36,754 bases of DNA. Source: Halobacteriaceae archaeon (GTDB taxonomy: Archaea; Halobacteriota; Halobacteria; Halobacteriales; Halobacteriaceae). Of the stretch, positions 25,424 to 34,786 are shown one piece after another. The stretch is from the NCBI GenBank assembly GCA_042216675.1, contig JBDGTS010000042.1:1-36754 (forward strand). Reading direction: 5' to 3'. Position numbers and translations under genes: made by a program. Numbering within the stretch: position 1 is the stretch's first letter; every line of letters starts with the position of its first letter. Below the pieces are notes generated by a model. That model was given only the letters and a program-made list of their open reading frames with translations, did not search any database and was not told where the DNA came from.

Positions 25424-27001
25424 ATGAAGCTAGCCGGCATGGCGAGCAACAGGGGGCGGAACCTGCGGAACATCGCCGACCGGAGTCCCGGCGGCGCGGA
25501 ACTGGCCGTCGTGGTGACGAACGACGCCGACGCGCCCGTCCTCGACGCGGCGGAAAAGCGGGGGATTCCCACCGAAGTCGTCGAACGCGAGGGCGACAGC
25601 CGCGAGGCCCACGAGGAGCGAATCCTCGACGCACTCGCCGACTACGACTTCGAGATGGTGTGTCTCGACGGCTACATGCGCGTCCTCACCGACACGTTCC
25701 TCGACGCGGCGCCGACGACGCTCAACGTCCACCCGTCGCTCCTGCCCGCGTTCCCCGGGCAGGACGCCCACGAACAGGTCCTCGACGCGGGCGTCAGCGT
25801 CACCGGCTGTACCGTCCACGTCGTCACCGAGGCGGTGGACGACGGCCCCATCGTGACACAGGAGAGCGTGCCCGTCTACGAGGACGATGACGAGAGCGAC
25901 CTGAAGGACCGGGTCCTCCACGAGGCGGAGTTCCGCGCGTACCCCCGCGCCGTGCAGTGGTTCGCGGAGGGCCGCGTGACAGTCGCGGACGACGAGGTCC
26001 ACGTCGAGGGTGACGAGGGTGGCGACTTCCCCGCCCGCCGGAGCGCCTCGGAGGACCGCTTCGCTGACCTGCGCTACGGCGAGAATCCCCATCAGGACGC
26101 CGCCGTCTACGCGGACCCCACCTGCGAGGAGGCGAGCGTCGTCGGCGCCGAGCAGTTGAACCCCGAGGCGAGCGCGCTCTCCTACAACAACTACAACGAC
26201 ACCGACGGCGCGCTGGACCTCATCAAGGAGTTCGAGCGCCCGGCCGCGGCGGTCATCAAGCACGCCAACCCCGCGGGCTGTGCGACGGCCGACACGCTCG
26301 CCGACGCCTACGAGAACGCGCTTGCGACGGACCCAAAGAGCGCCTTCGGCGGCATCGTCGCCCTCAACCGCGAGTGCGACGCCGCCACCGCCGAGCAGAT
26401 CATCGACTCGTTCAAGGTGGTCGTCATCGCGCCCGGCTACACCGACGACGCCCTCGACGTCCTCCGGCAGAAAGAAAGCATGCCCATCCTCGAAGTCGAG
26501 GACCTCGGGCCGGACGCACGCACCGAGACGGTGGCCGAGAAGTCCCTCGTCGGCGGCCGACTGGTGCAGGACCGCGACCTTCAGCGTCTCTCCCGCGACG
26601 ATTTAGAGGTCGTCACCGAGACCGAACCGAGCGAGGAGCAACTGGAGTCGATGCTCTTTGGCTGGCAGGTCGTCAAGCACGTCACCTCGAACGCGGTCAT
26701 CTTCACGAAAGGCACCGAGACGGTGGGCGTCGGCGCGGGCCAACTCTCCCGCGTGGACGCGGTGAAGGTGGCGAAGATGAAAGCCGAGTCCGACGCCGAG
26801 GGGAAGTCCGCCGAGGGCGGCGTGATGGTCTCTGACGCGTTCTTCCCGTTCCCGGACAACATCGAAGTCGCCGCGGAGGCGGGCATCGAGGCCGTGATTC
26901 AGCCCGGCGGCTCCAAGCGCGACGAGGAGGTCATCGAGGCCTGCGACGAACTGGGGCTGTCGATGGTGTTCACGGGGCAGCGGGCCTTCCGGCACGACTA
27001 G
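25424..27001 (+). CDS. purH: PurN-PurH fusion (GAR formyltransferase / AICAR formyltransferase)
   Basis: N-terminal NVHPSLLPAFPG and VTGCTVH..VDDGPI; C-terminal LRYGENPHQ, IKHANP and SDAFFPF. Confidence 0.95.
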   Translation: MKLAGMASNRGRNLRNIADRSPGGAELAVVVTNDADAPVLDAAEKRGIPTEVVEREGDSREAHEERILDALADYDFEMVCLDGYMRVLTDTFLDAAPTTLNVHPSLLPAFPGQDAHEQVLDAGVSVTGCTVHVVTEAVDDGPIVTQESVPVYEDDDESDLKDRVLHEAEFRAYPRAVQWFAEGRVTVADDEVHVEGDEGGDFPARRSASEDRFADLRYGENPHQDAAVYADPTCEEASVVGAEQLNPEASALSYNNYNDTDGALDLIKEFERPAAAVIKHANPAGCATADTLADAYENALATDPKSAFGGIVALNRECDAATAEQIIDSFKVVVIAPGYTDDALDVLRQKESMPILEVEDLGPDARTETVAEKSLVGGRLVQDRDLQRLSRDDLEVVTETEPSEEQLESMLFGWQVVKHVTSNAVIFTKGTETVGVGAGQLSRVDAVKVAKMKAESDAEGKSAEGGVMVSDAFFPFPDNIEVAAEAGIEAVIQPGGSKRDEEVIEACDELGLSMVFTGQRAFRHD

Positions 27002-27210
27002 CGAGGTTCGGAGCGAGCGCCAGCGAGCGACGAACCTCGGAGATGCGAGCGGGGAGGCACGACCCGCGAGCAGTGCGGCGCCAGCGAGCGACGAACCTCG
27101 GAGATGCGAGCGGGGAGGCACGACCCGCGAGCAGTGCGGCGCCAGCGAGCGACGAACCTCGGAGATGCGAGCGGGGAGGGTCGCGAGGCGCGAACAGCGT
27201 GAGCGCCTCG
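27002..27210. repeat. 61-bp tandem repeat (about 2.7 identical copies) built of stem-loops, REP-like
   Basis: Unit gcgccagcgagcgacgaacctcggagatgcgagcggggaggcacgacccgcgagcagtgcg at 27017, 27078 and 27139 (partial, to 27179), with flanking hairpins. Confidence 0.9.
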
Positions 27211-27241
27211 ATGGTACGAGCGGCGAGCCGTCGCGACGGTC

Positions 27242-28273
27242 TCACAGCGGGTCGGGCGTCGCGGGCGCGGTCCGCACCTCGAAGCGGGCGCCGCCGCCCG
27301 CGGCGTCCGTGATCGAAATTTCCCAGCCGTGGGCGTCGACGACGGCGTCCACGATGGGGAGGCCGAAACTCGGCCGGTCCCCGGACTCGTGGGAGTCGAG
27401 TTCGAACACCGACTCCCGGGCGGGCTCGGGGACGCCGGAGCCGTCGTCCTCGACGACGAAGCCCGTGCCGTCGTCGAGGGTGCCGACGCGGACGGCCGGT
27501 GCGGGGCCGGCGTGCTCCACCGAGTTGCGGAACAGGTTCTCGAAGAGGTGCGCGAGCAGACCCGGGTGTGCCGAGAGCGTCAGGTCGGTTGCGACCGTCA
27601 GCGTCGCGTCGCCGGTGGCGACGTGGCTCCACGCCTCGCGGGCGACGGCTTCGAGCGACACCGACTCGCGGTCCAGCGCTGTCGCGCCGATGCGGACGAA
27701 CGTCACCGCGTCCGCGATCATCGTCTCGACGCGGTGGAGCGCCGACAGCGCAGTGTCGAGGTCCTCGGAGGGCCGTTCTTCGGCGGCGAGTTCGATCCGG
27801 CCCAGCGCCACGGTCAGGGGGTTGCGGAGGTCGTGTGACAGCATCCTCGCCACCGACTCGGCGGTGTCGATGCGGCGTTCGAGTTCGAGTTCCGCGATTT
27901 TGCGGTCCGTCACGTCGGTGTGTGCGGTGACGAGGTATCGGTCGCCGCCGACGTCGAAGCGCGAGCCGTAGAGGACGAACCAGCGGCGTTCCGCGGGCGA
28001 GTGGCAGGGGTACTCCAGTTGGAACGACTCTCGGTCCCCGCCCGCCAGTTCCCGAAGGCCAGCGCAGGCCGCCTCGGCGTGGGGGTCGTCGTCCACACAC
28101 TGCTCGAAGTAGTTCTCGCCGACGTTCCCCTCGGGCGAGACGGCGGCGTTCTCGGCGCCGAAGGCGCGCCAACTTCGGTTCGTCCACAGGATGTCGCCCG
28201 ACGCGTCGAGGACGGCGATGTGCGGCAGGAGAGCGTCGAGCGCCGCCGTCGCCACGCCCTCGGGGAGTGCCAT
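27242..28273 (-). CDS. PAS-domain sensor histidine kinase
   Basis: PAS (IAVLD..G.I..TN, EYPCHSP, HTDVT), H-box SHDLRNPL, N-box ENLFRNSVEH, DDGSG, FGLPIV, GGARF. Confidence 0.92.
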   Translation of the reverse strand: MALPEGVATAALDALLPHIAVLDASGDILWTNRSWRAFGAENAAVSPEGNVGENYFEQCVDDDPHAEAACAGLRELAGGDRESFQLEYPCHSPAERRWFVLYGSRFDVGGDRYLVTAHTDVTDRKIAELELERRIDTAESVARMLSHDLRNPLTVALGRIELAAEERPSEDLDTALSALHRVETMIADAVTFVRIGATALDRESVSLEAVAREAWSHVATGDATLTVATDLTLSAHPGLLAHLFENLFRNSVEHAGPAPAVRVGTLDDGTGFVVEDDGSGVPEPARESVFELDSHESGDRPSFGLPIVDAVVDAHGWEISITDAAGGGARFEVRTAPATPDPL

Positions 28274-28354
28274 ACCGGGACACAGACCGGCGGACCCTTG
28301 AGTGTAGGGGGGCGGTCCGACAGGCCTAAACGACGCGTCTCCGTGCCGCCACGT

Positions 28355-30787
28355 ATGCGCTTTCACGACGCCGCCAACTTCCTCTTCGACCTCCGGCGCT
28401 TCCGGATGAAGCCCGGGACCGAAGCGACGGCGGCGCTGCTGGCCGAACTCGGCGACCCCCACGAGTCGGTGCCCGTGGTTCAGGTCGCCGGGTCCAACGG
28501 CAAGGGCAGTACGGCCCGGATGGTAGAGCGAGCGCTTCGGGAGGCCGGCCTCGACGTGGGCCTGTACACCTCGCCGCACCTCGACGACGTGCGCGAGCGA
28601 ATCCGCGTCGACGGCCGGAAGATTCCCGAGCGGGCGGTCTGTGCGTTCGTCGAGGCGGCCGAGGACTACGTGAACGACCGGGCCGCCGTCGGCGAGGCGC
28701 CCACCTTCTTCGAGACGCTGACCGCGATGGCCTACTGGCAGTTCGCGCGGGCCGACGTGGACGTGGCCGTCGTCGAGGTGGGCATCGGCGGGAAACACGA
28801 CGCCACGAGCGTCGTCGACCCCATCGCGAGCGCCGTCACGACCGTGACGCTCGAACACACGGCCGTGCTGGGGGACACGATTGCCGAAATCGCCCGCGAC
28901 AAGGCCCACGTCGCGCCGACCGAGCGCCCCATCGTGACGGGCACGACGGGCGACGCTCTCGACGCCGTGCGCGAACAGGCCGGTGACGCGATTACGGTCG
29001 GCTTCGAGGCCGACGCGGACGTGCAGGTGACCTACGACGGCCTCGCCAACCACGCCGAGGCGGCCGTCACCGTCGCCGACGAGGCCGGGGAAATCGCGAC
29101 CCGACTCCCGCTCCCCGGCGCGCATCAGGCCCGGAACGCGGGCGTCGCGGTGACGCTGGCCCGGCAGGTGGGAGACGCGCTCGGCGTCGGACTCACGGAC
29201 GAGGCGCTCGCCCGGGGTCTCCGCGCCGCGGACTGGCCCGGCCGCTTCGAGGTGATGGGGGCCGACCCGCTGGTGGTCCTCGACGGCGCGCACAACCCCG
29301 GCGCCTGCGAGGCGGTGCGCGAGACGCTGGCGGCCTACGACTACGAGGACCTGCACCTCGTCGTCGGCGCGATGCACGACAAGGACCACGATGGGATGGC
29401 CGCGGCCCTCCCGTCGGCCGACCGGGTGTACACCTGCCGGCCGGACACCGACCGCGCGGAGGGCCAAGAGGTCCTCGCCCGCGTCTATCGGGAGCGCGCG
29501 CCCGAAATCGCGGTGCGGAGCGCCGTCGAGACGGCCGTGGACGACGCCATCGCCGCCGCGGGACCCGACGACGCGGTGCTGGTGACCGGGTCGCTGTACA
29601 CCGTCAGCGAGGCGCGCACCCGGTGGACCAGACACCTGACGCCGAAAGACGTCGACGACGTGGCCGACGCGCGGGGGGTTCTCGAAGGCGCCCACGTCAC
29701 CGACGCGGGCGTGTGGCGGATGCGCGGCAAGGGCGTCCACCGCGTCGTCGAGACTCGGGTCCAGCCGCGGCAGGCCCAGTATCTCAAGGAGGAACTGCTG
29801 TCGCTGGGCGGCGAGTGCGCGATTTCGGGCCTCAACGATCAGGACGAGGAGTTCCTCGACGTGGTGCTGATGGGCACCCTCGCGCAGTTCCGCCGTCTCG
29901 TCGAGAAACTCGACGGACAGCCGTACGGCCTCGGCGTCGTCGCCGACCGGATTCGGAGCGGCCTCTCCATCGGCGAGACGGAGCGAGACGGCGACTACCC
30001 GTGGGACGACCGGACGGCCGTGATGGGCATCCTCAACGTCACGCCGGACAGTTTCCACGACGGCGGGCAGTTCGACGCCACCGACGCGGCGGTGGAGCGA
30101 GCGCGCGAGATGGTCGCGAACGGCGCCGACATCGTGGACGTGGGCGGCGAGAGCACGAATCCGAACGTCGAGGCGACGCCGCCTGACGTGGAGCGTGAAC
30201 GCGTGGTGCCCGTCATCGAGGCAATCGCCGGCGTGGACGCGCTGATTTCGGTGGACACGCGCCGCGCGGAGGTGGCCGCCGCGGCCCTCGACGCTGGCGC
30301 GGACGTCATCAACGACGTGTCGGGGCTGGCCGACCCCGAGATGCGGTTCGTCGCGGCCGAACGCGACGCGCCGGTGGTCGTGATGCACAGCATCGAGGCC
30401 CCCGTCGACCCCTCGACGGAGGTGGAGTACGACGACGTGGTGGGAGACGCCATCGACGACCTGACCGAACGCGTCCTTCGCGCCGAGAAGGCGGGGCTGG
30501 ACCGCTCGCAGATCATCGTGGACCCGGGGCTGGGATTCGGCAAATCCCCCGCGGAGGACTTCGAGTTGCTCTCGCGGCTCTCGGAGTTCGAGGCCTTCGA
30601 CTGCCCGATTCTGGTCGGGCACTCCCACAAGTCGATGTTCACGCGTATCGGCGAGACGGCCGGCGACTGTCTGGAGGCGACGGTGGCGGGGTCGGCGCTC
30701 GCCGCGGCGCGCGGGGCGGACATCGTGCGAGTTCACGACGTGGCCGAGAACGTCCCCGCGGTGCGGACCGCCGACGAACTACAGTAA
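28355..30787 (+). CDS. folP: FolC-(pteroate reductase linker)-FolP fusion: folylpolyglutamate synthase / dihydropteroate synthase
   Basis: GSNGKGS, YTSPHL and DGAHN (FolC); MGILNVTPDSF, SVDT, INDVSG, DPGLGF and RVHDV (FolP); 810 aa. Confidence 0.95.
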   Translation: MRFHDAANFLFDLRRFRMKPGTEATAALLAELGDPHESVPVVQVAGSNGKGSTARMVERALREAGLDVGLYTSPHLDDVRERIRVDGRKIPERAVCAFVEAAEDYVNDRAAVGEAPTFFETLTAMAYWQFARADVDVAVVEVGIGGKHDATSVVDPIASAVTTVTLEHTAVLGDTIAEIARDKAHVAPTERPIVTGTTGDALDAVREQAGDAITVGFEADADVQVTYDGLANHAEAAVTVADEAGEIATRLPLPGAHQARNAGVAVTLARQVGDALGVGLTDEALARGLRAADWPGRFEVMGADPLVVLDGAHNPGACEAVRETLAAYDYEDLHLVVGAMHDKDHDGMAAALPSADRVYTCRPDTDRAEGQEVLARVYRERAPEIAVRSAVETAVDDAIAAAGPDDAVLVTGSLYTVSEARTRWTRHLTPKDVDDVADARGVLEGAHVTDAGVWRMRGKGVHRVVETRVQPRQAQYLKEELLSLGGECAISGLNDQDEEFLDVVLMGTLAQFRRLVEKLDGQPYGLGVVADRIRSGLSIGETERDGDYPWDDRTAVMGILNVTPDSFHDGGQFDATDAAVERAREMVANGADIVDVGGESTNPNVEATPPDVERERVVPVIEAIAGVDALISVDTRRAEVAAAALDAGADVINDVSGLADPEMRFVAAERDAPVVVMHSIEAPVDPSTEVEYDDVVGDAIDDLTERVLRAEKAGLDRSQIIVDPGLGFGKSPAEDFELLSRLSEFEAFDCPILVGHSHKSMFTRIGETAGDCLEATVAGSALAAARGADIVRVHDVAENVPAVRTADELQ

Positions 30788-31855
30788 GCCAACTCGGTCC
30801 CGGGCGTTCCGGTAGCAGTCGAGCAGGCGGTCCACGACGGTCGGGCCGTCGTAGGCGGCGTAGGACTCGTCTACCGTCCGGTGTTCCATGCCGGCCGCGG
30901 TGACGAGGCGGTCCACCAGTTCTTCGTCGTCCGTCGCGAGGAGGCCCCGGTCCGCGCCCTCCACGAGTTCGTGGGCGCTGGAGTCGGCGTGGTACTCGAC
31001 GATGCCGACACAGCCACAGGCCAGCGCTCGGCAGAGGTCCGTCGGGAACGGCGTGCGCCGGGCCGTGTAGAAGTAGGCGTGAGCGCCCTTGAAAAGCGAG
31101 AGGCGCGCCGGCACGTCGAGGTCACCGAGGAACTCGACGCTGTCGTCGATGCGCAGGTCCCGGGCCTGCTGTTCGTAGTCGGCCCGGGCAGGGCCGTCGC
31201 CGACGACGGCCGCGGTCCAGTCGCGCTCCCGGAACTCCGCGAGGGCGAGCAGGAGGCTTTCGAGGTTGGCGTCCTCGTCGAGGCGCCGGGAGTACACCAC
31301 GTCGCCGCCCTCTCGCACCGGCGCCTCGCGCACGGCGTCGAACTCGATGGGGTTCGGAACGACGCGGGTGTGGTCGTCGTCGACGCCGAGCGCCCGGACC
31401 CGCGTCTCGACGGTCCGCGAGGGGGTCACCACGGTCGTCGGGGTTCGGGCGGCCCGGGTCGGCACGTCGAGGGCCGTATCGAGGAGGCCCGCTGCGGCGC
31501 CGGCGTCGTCGTACCAGTCACAGACGAGGGGGGCCCGGGCGGCGGTGGCGCCGACGGCCGCGCCGAGGACGTGCCGGGGCACGTCGTTGACGACGTGGAC
31601 CACGTCCGGGCGGAGGCGCGGGAGGACAGTCGCGACACGAGCGCCGAAGCCGCGGTCACCGGGGTGGCCCGTGACGGCGCGGTACGTGATGCCCCGGTGG
31701 GTCACCGTCGTTCGCGACCCGGACCACCACTGGCCACAGCAGACGGTCACGTCGTGCCCCCGGTCCCGGAGGAGTTCCGCGAAGCGGCGGGTCCGCCACG
31801 TCCGTTCCGTGTCGCGGTGGAACTGCGTGACGGCCGCGACGAGGGCCACGCGCAT
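30779..31855 (-). CDS. Glycosyltransferase family 4 (GT-B), degenerate motif
   Basis: RGHDVTV, PDVVHV, VVPNPI, YSRRL and VVGDGP motifs. Confidence 0.85.
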   Translation of the reverse strand: MRVALVAAVTQFHRDTERTWRTRRFAELLRDRGHDVTVCCGQWWSGSRTTVTHRGITYRAVTGHPGDRGFGARVATVLPRLRPDVVHVVNDVPRHVLGAAVGATAARAPLVCDWYDDAGAAAGLLDTALDVPTRAARTPTTVVTPSRTVETRVRALGVDDDHTRVVPNPIEFDAVREAPVREGGDVVYSRRLDEDANLESLLLALAEFRERDWTAAVVGDGPARADYEQQARDLRIDDSVEFLGDLDVPARLSLFKGAHAYFYTARRTPFPTDLCRALACGCVGIVEYHADSSAHELVEGADRGLLATDDEELVDRLVTAAGMEHRTVDESYAAYDGPTVVDRLLDCYRNARDRVGLL

Positions 31856-31935
31856 ACGCCGACTGAGACGACCCCCGGCCAAAAAGCCCCCCGTTCCCGC
31901 GCAACACCTTTGCCGGGGGCGCCCGACTCGCGGGT

Positions 31936-33723
31936 ATGCCCTACGACGTGGCGCGGTACCTCAACATCCGGAGCGCGGGCGCGGCTTCCGTCGGACCCGA
32001 CGGTCAACTGGCCTTTCTGCTCGACACGACGGGTACCTCGCAGGTGTGGCGCCTCGACGGCCCGAAATCGTGGCCGAAACAGCTCACGTTCGAGGAGGAA
32101 AGCGTCTCCTTCGCTTCGTTCTCCCCGACGCGAGACGAACTCGTGTTCGGCATGGACGAGGGCGGTAACGAGCGGACCCAGTTCTTCCGCCTCGCCGGTG
32201 ACGGTTCCGAACAGGTGCCCCTCACCGCGTTCCCCGAGGCAAAGCACCGCTGGGGCGGGTGGAGCCACGACGGCGAGCGCTTCGCCTTCGCCTCGAACCG
32301 CCGCGACGAGGCCGTCTTCGACCTGTACGTGCAGGCCCGCGACGAGTCGGGCGACGACGCCGAACGCGTCTACGAGAGCGACGGCTGGTACTCGCTGGCC
32401 GGGTGGAGCCCGGACGACGAGCGACTGGCCGTCGTCGAGGCGGCGTCGAACGACGACCAAGACGTGTACGTCCTCGACGTCGCGTCGGGCGAGATGGACC
32501 ACCTCACGCCCCATCAGGGCGACGTGCGCCACCTGAGCGTCGAGTGGGGTCCCGGGGGCGAGGCGCTGTACCTCGTCACGGACCGCGACGCCGACACGCT
32601 GTGGCTGGGCCGCCTCGACGTGGACACCGGCGAGGTGACGACGGTGGCCGAGGGCGGCGACTGGAACGTCGGCGGCGTCGCCATCGACGAGGAGTCCGGG
32701 CGCGTCGTCTACTCGCGCAACGTCGACGGCTACACCGAACTCACGGTGGGTGACCTCGACGGCGCCGAGATTCACGAACACCCCGAGCCAGCACTTCCGC
32801 AGGGGGTCGCCGGCGGCGTGAGTTTCGGCCCCGACGCGGAGCGCTTCGCCATCACGGCCACGGCGAGCGACGACAACACGAACGTGTATTTCGTCGACGT
32901 GGCGACGGGGGAGACAACGCAGTGGACCGAGGCCGGCACGGCGGGCATCCCACGCGAGTCGTTCGTCAGCCCCGAGTTGGTCCGCTACGAGTCCGTCGAC
33001 GGCCTCGAAATCCCGGCCTTTTTCTCCCGGCCGGCCGGCGAGGGACCGTTCCCCGTCGTCGTCGATGTCCACGGCGGCCCCGAGAGTCAGCGCCGTCCCT
33101 CGTTCGCGCCGGTGAGCCAGTACCTCTTGAGTCACGGCTACGCCGTCTTCGAACCGAACGTGCGCGGGTCGACGGGGTACGGCAAGGAGTACACTCGCCT
33201 CGACGACGTGGAGAAGCGGATGGACGCCATCGCGGACCTCAAGGCCGGTGCGGACTGGCTTGCCGCCCGCGACGACGTGGACGCCGACCGCATCGCCGCG
33301 ATGGGTGGCTCCTACGGCGGGTTCGCGGTGCTGGCGGCCCTCACGGAGTACCCCGACGTGTGGGCGGCAGGGGTGGACATCGTGGGCATCGCGAACTTCG
33401 TGACGTTCCTCGAAAACACGGGCGAGTGGCGCCGCTCGCTCCGCGAGGCCGAGTACGGGTCGCTGGCGGAGGACCGGGAGTTCCTCGAATCCATCAGCCC
33501 CCTCACGAACGCCGACGCGATTCGGGCGCCCCTGCTGGTGCTCCACGGCGCGAACGACCCCCGGGTCCCCGTCGAGGAGGCCGAACAGATAGCCGAGAAG
33601 GCGAGCGAACACGTCCCCGTCGAGAAACTCGTCTTCGAGGACGAGGGCCACGGCTTCTCGAAGTTAGAGAACAAGGTGACGGCGTACCGCGCCGTCGTGG
33701 ACTTCCTCGACGACCACGTCTGA
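31936..33723 (+). CDS. S9 family (prolyl oligopeptidase / acylaminoacyl) peptidase
   Basis: Beta-propeller N-terminus; HGGP, GGSYGG (Ser), NDPRV (Asp), EGHG (His). Confidence 0.95.
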   Translation: MPYDVARYLNIRSAGAASVGPDGQLAFLLDTTGTSQVWRLDGPKSWPKQLTFEEESVSFASFSPTRDELVFGMDEGGNERTQFFRLAGDGSEQVPLTAFPEAKHRWGGWSHDGERFAFASNRRDEAVFDLYVQARDESGDDAERVYESDGWYSLAGWSPDDERLAVVEAASNDDQDVYVLDVASGEMDHLTPHQGDVRHLSVEWGPGGEALYLVTDRDADTLWLGRLDVDTGEVTTVAEGGDWNVGGVAIDEESGRVVYSRNVDGYTELTVGDLDGAEIHEHPEPALPQGVAGGVSFGPDAERFAITATASDDNTNVYFVDVATGETTQWTEAGTAGIPRESFVSPELVRYESVDGLEIPAFFSRPAGEGPFPVVVDVHGGPESQRRPSFAPVSQYLLSHGYAVFEPNVRGSTGYGKEYTRLDDVEKRMDAIADLKAGADWLAARDDVDADRIAAMGGSYGGFAVLAALTEYPDVWAAGVDIVGIANFVTFLENTGEWRRSLREAEYGSLAEDREFLESISPLTNADAIRAPLLVLHGANDPRVPVEEAEQIAEKASEHVPVEKLVFEDEGHGFSKLENKVTAYRAVVDFLDDHV

Positions 33724-33760
33724 GCCCAAGCGTTACCTACCGAGGGGTGCAATCCGGGCC

Positions 33761-34786
33761 ATGGGCTTGCGCCGCGTCGTCGCCGGGTTCGCGCTCGCGG
33801 CGGTCGTCCTCGCCGTCTTTCTCTGGAGTTTCGGACTCGAGTCGGTCCTCGCTGTCCTCGACGACGCGGACCGCGAGGCGTACGCGCTGGCGCCGCTCGC
33901 GTCGCTCGCGACTATCGCGCTGACCGCGGGTACGCTCGCGCACCTGTACCGCCGCGTCGAGGGTGCGCCCCACGGACTGGCCTTCGTCGGCGGCTACGCG
34001 ACGGGGATGCTCCTCCGGGGCCTCGCGCCGTGGGGTCGGAGCGGCGGGAGCCTCCTCACCGCCGCGGCGATGGACCGGCGCGGCACGGGCCGCTTCGAGG
34101 AACTGCTCGGGGCCACTGTCGCCGGGGAGTTCCTCGGTACCATCGGAAGCACAGGCGTCGCCGTCGTCGGCGTCGTCGTTCTCCTCGTCGCGGGTGGCGG
34201 CCCGACCGTCGCGACGGCCGGGGCCCTCGTCGCCGGCTTCCTCACGGTTCTCGGACTCCTCGTGGGCGTCGTGTTGGCGTATCCGGACCTCATCGTCGGC
34301 GCCGTCGCCGCGGTTCTCGCGGTTCTCCGGGGGACCGTCGGCCGAGCGTGGGCACCCGCGGACCGACTACTCGAACGGGCGACCGTCACCGAGCGAACGG
34401 AGCGCTTCCTCGCCACGGTGGGAGTCGTGGCCCGCGACCCCGGCACCATCGGTCCGGCGCTGGCGCTGTCGGTCCTCGCGGCGGCGACGGCCGTCGTCCC
34501 CCTCTGGGCGAGTCTCCGCGCCGTCGGGGAACCCGTCGCGTTCCCGGTGGTGATGGTCGTGGTGCCCCTGACCGGCTTCGCCGCGGTCGTGCCGCTGCCG
34601 GGCGGGACCGGCGGCGTCGAGTTCGCGCTCGTGGGGCTGCTCGTCGCGACGACGGGCGTGACCGCTGCGGGTGCGGCGGCGGCGGTGTTGCTGTATCGGC
34701 TGGCGACGTACTGGCTAGGCCTCGCCGTCGGCACCGTCGGGACGGCGGCGTTCGGCGGGCGGCCGCTCCGGACGCTCCCTACGTGA
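33761..34786 (+). CDS. UPF0104 / lysylphosphatidylglycerol synthase TM-domain (flippase-like) membrane protein
   Basis: PLPGGTGGVE and LLYRLATYW motifs; multiple TM helices. Confidence 0.88.
   Translation: MGLRRVVAGFALAAVVLAVFLWSFGLESVLAVLDDADREAYALAPLASLATIALTAGTLAHLYRRVEGAPHGLAFVGGYATGMLLRGLAPWGRSGGSLLTAAAMDRRGTGRFEELLGATVAGEFLGTIGSTGVAVVGVVVLLVAGGGPTVATAGALVAGFLTVLGLLVGVVLAYPDLIVGAVAAVLAVLRGTVGRAWAPADRLLERATVTERTERFLATVGVVARDPGTIGPALALSVLAAATAVVPLWASLRAVGEPVAFPVVMVVVPLTGFAAVVPLPGGTGGVEFALVGLLVATTGVTAAGAAAAVLLYRLATYWLGLAVGTVGTAAFGGRPLRTLPT

Noticed and set aside
27017-27179. CRISPR array
   Set aside because: Units are identical head-to-tail with no unique spacers, and there are no cas genes in the window.
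28274-30736. 1164-aa minus-strand ORF suggesting a giant kinase fusion
   Set aside because: The first roughly 820 aa are the antisense shadow of folP; the real kinase starts at ATG 28273.
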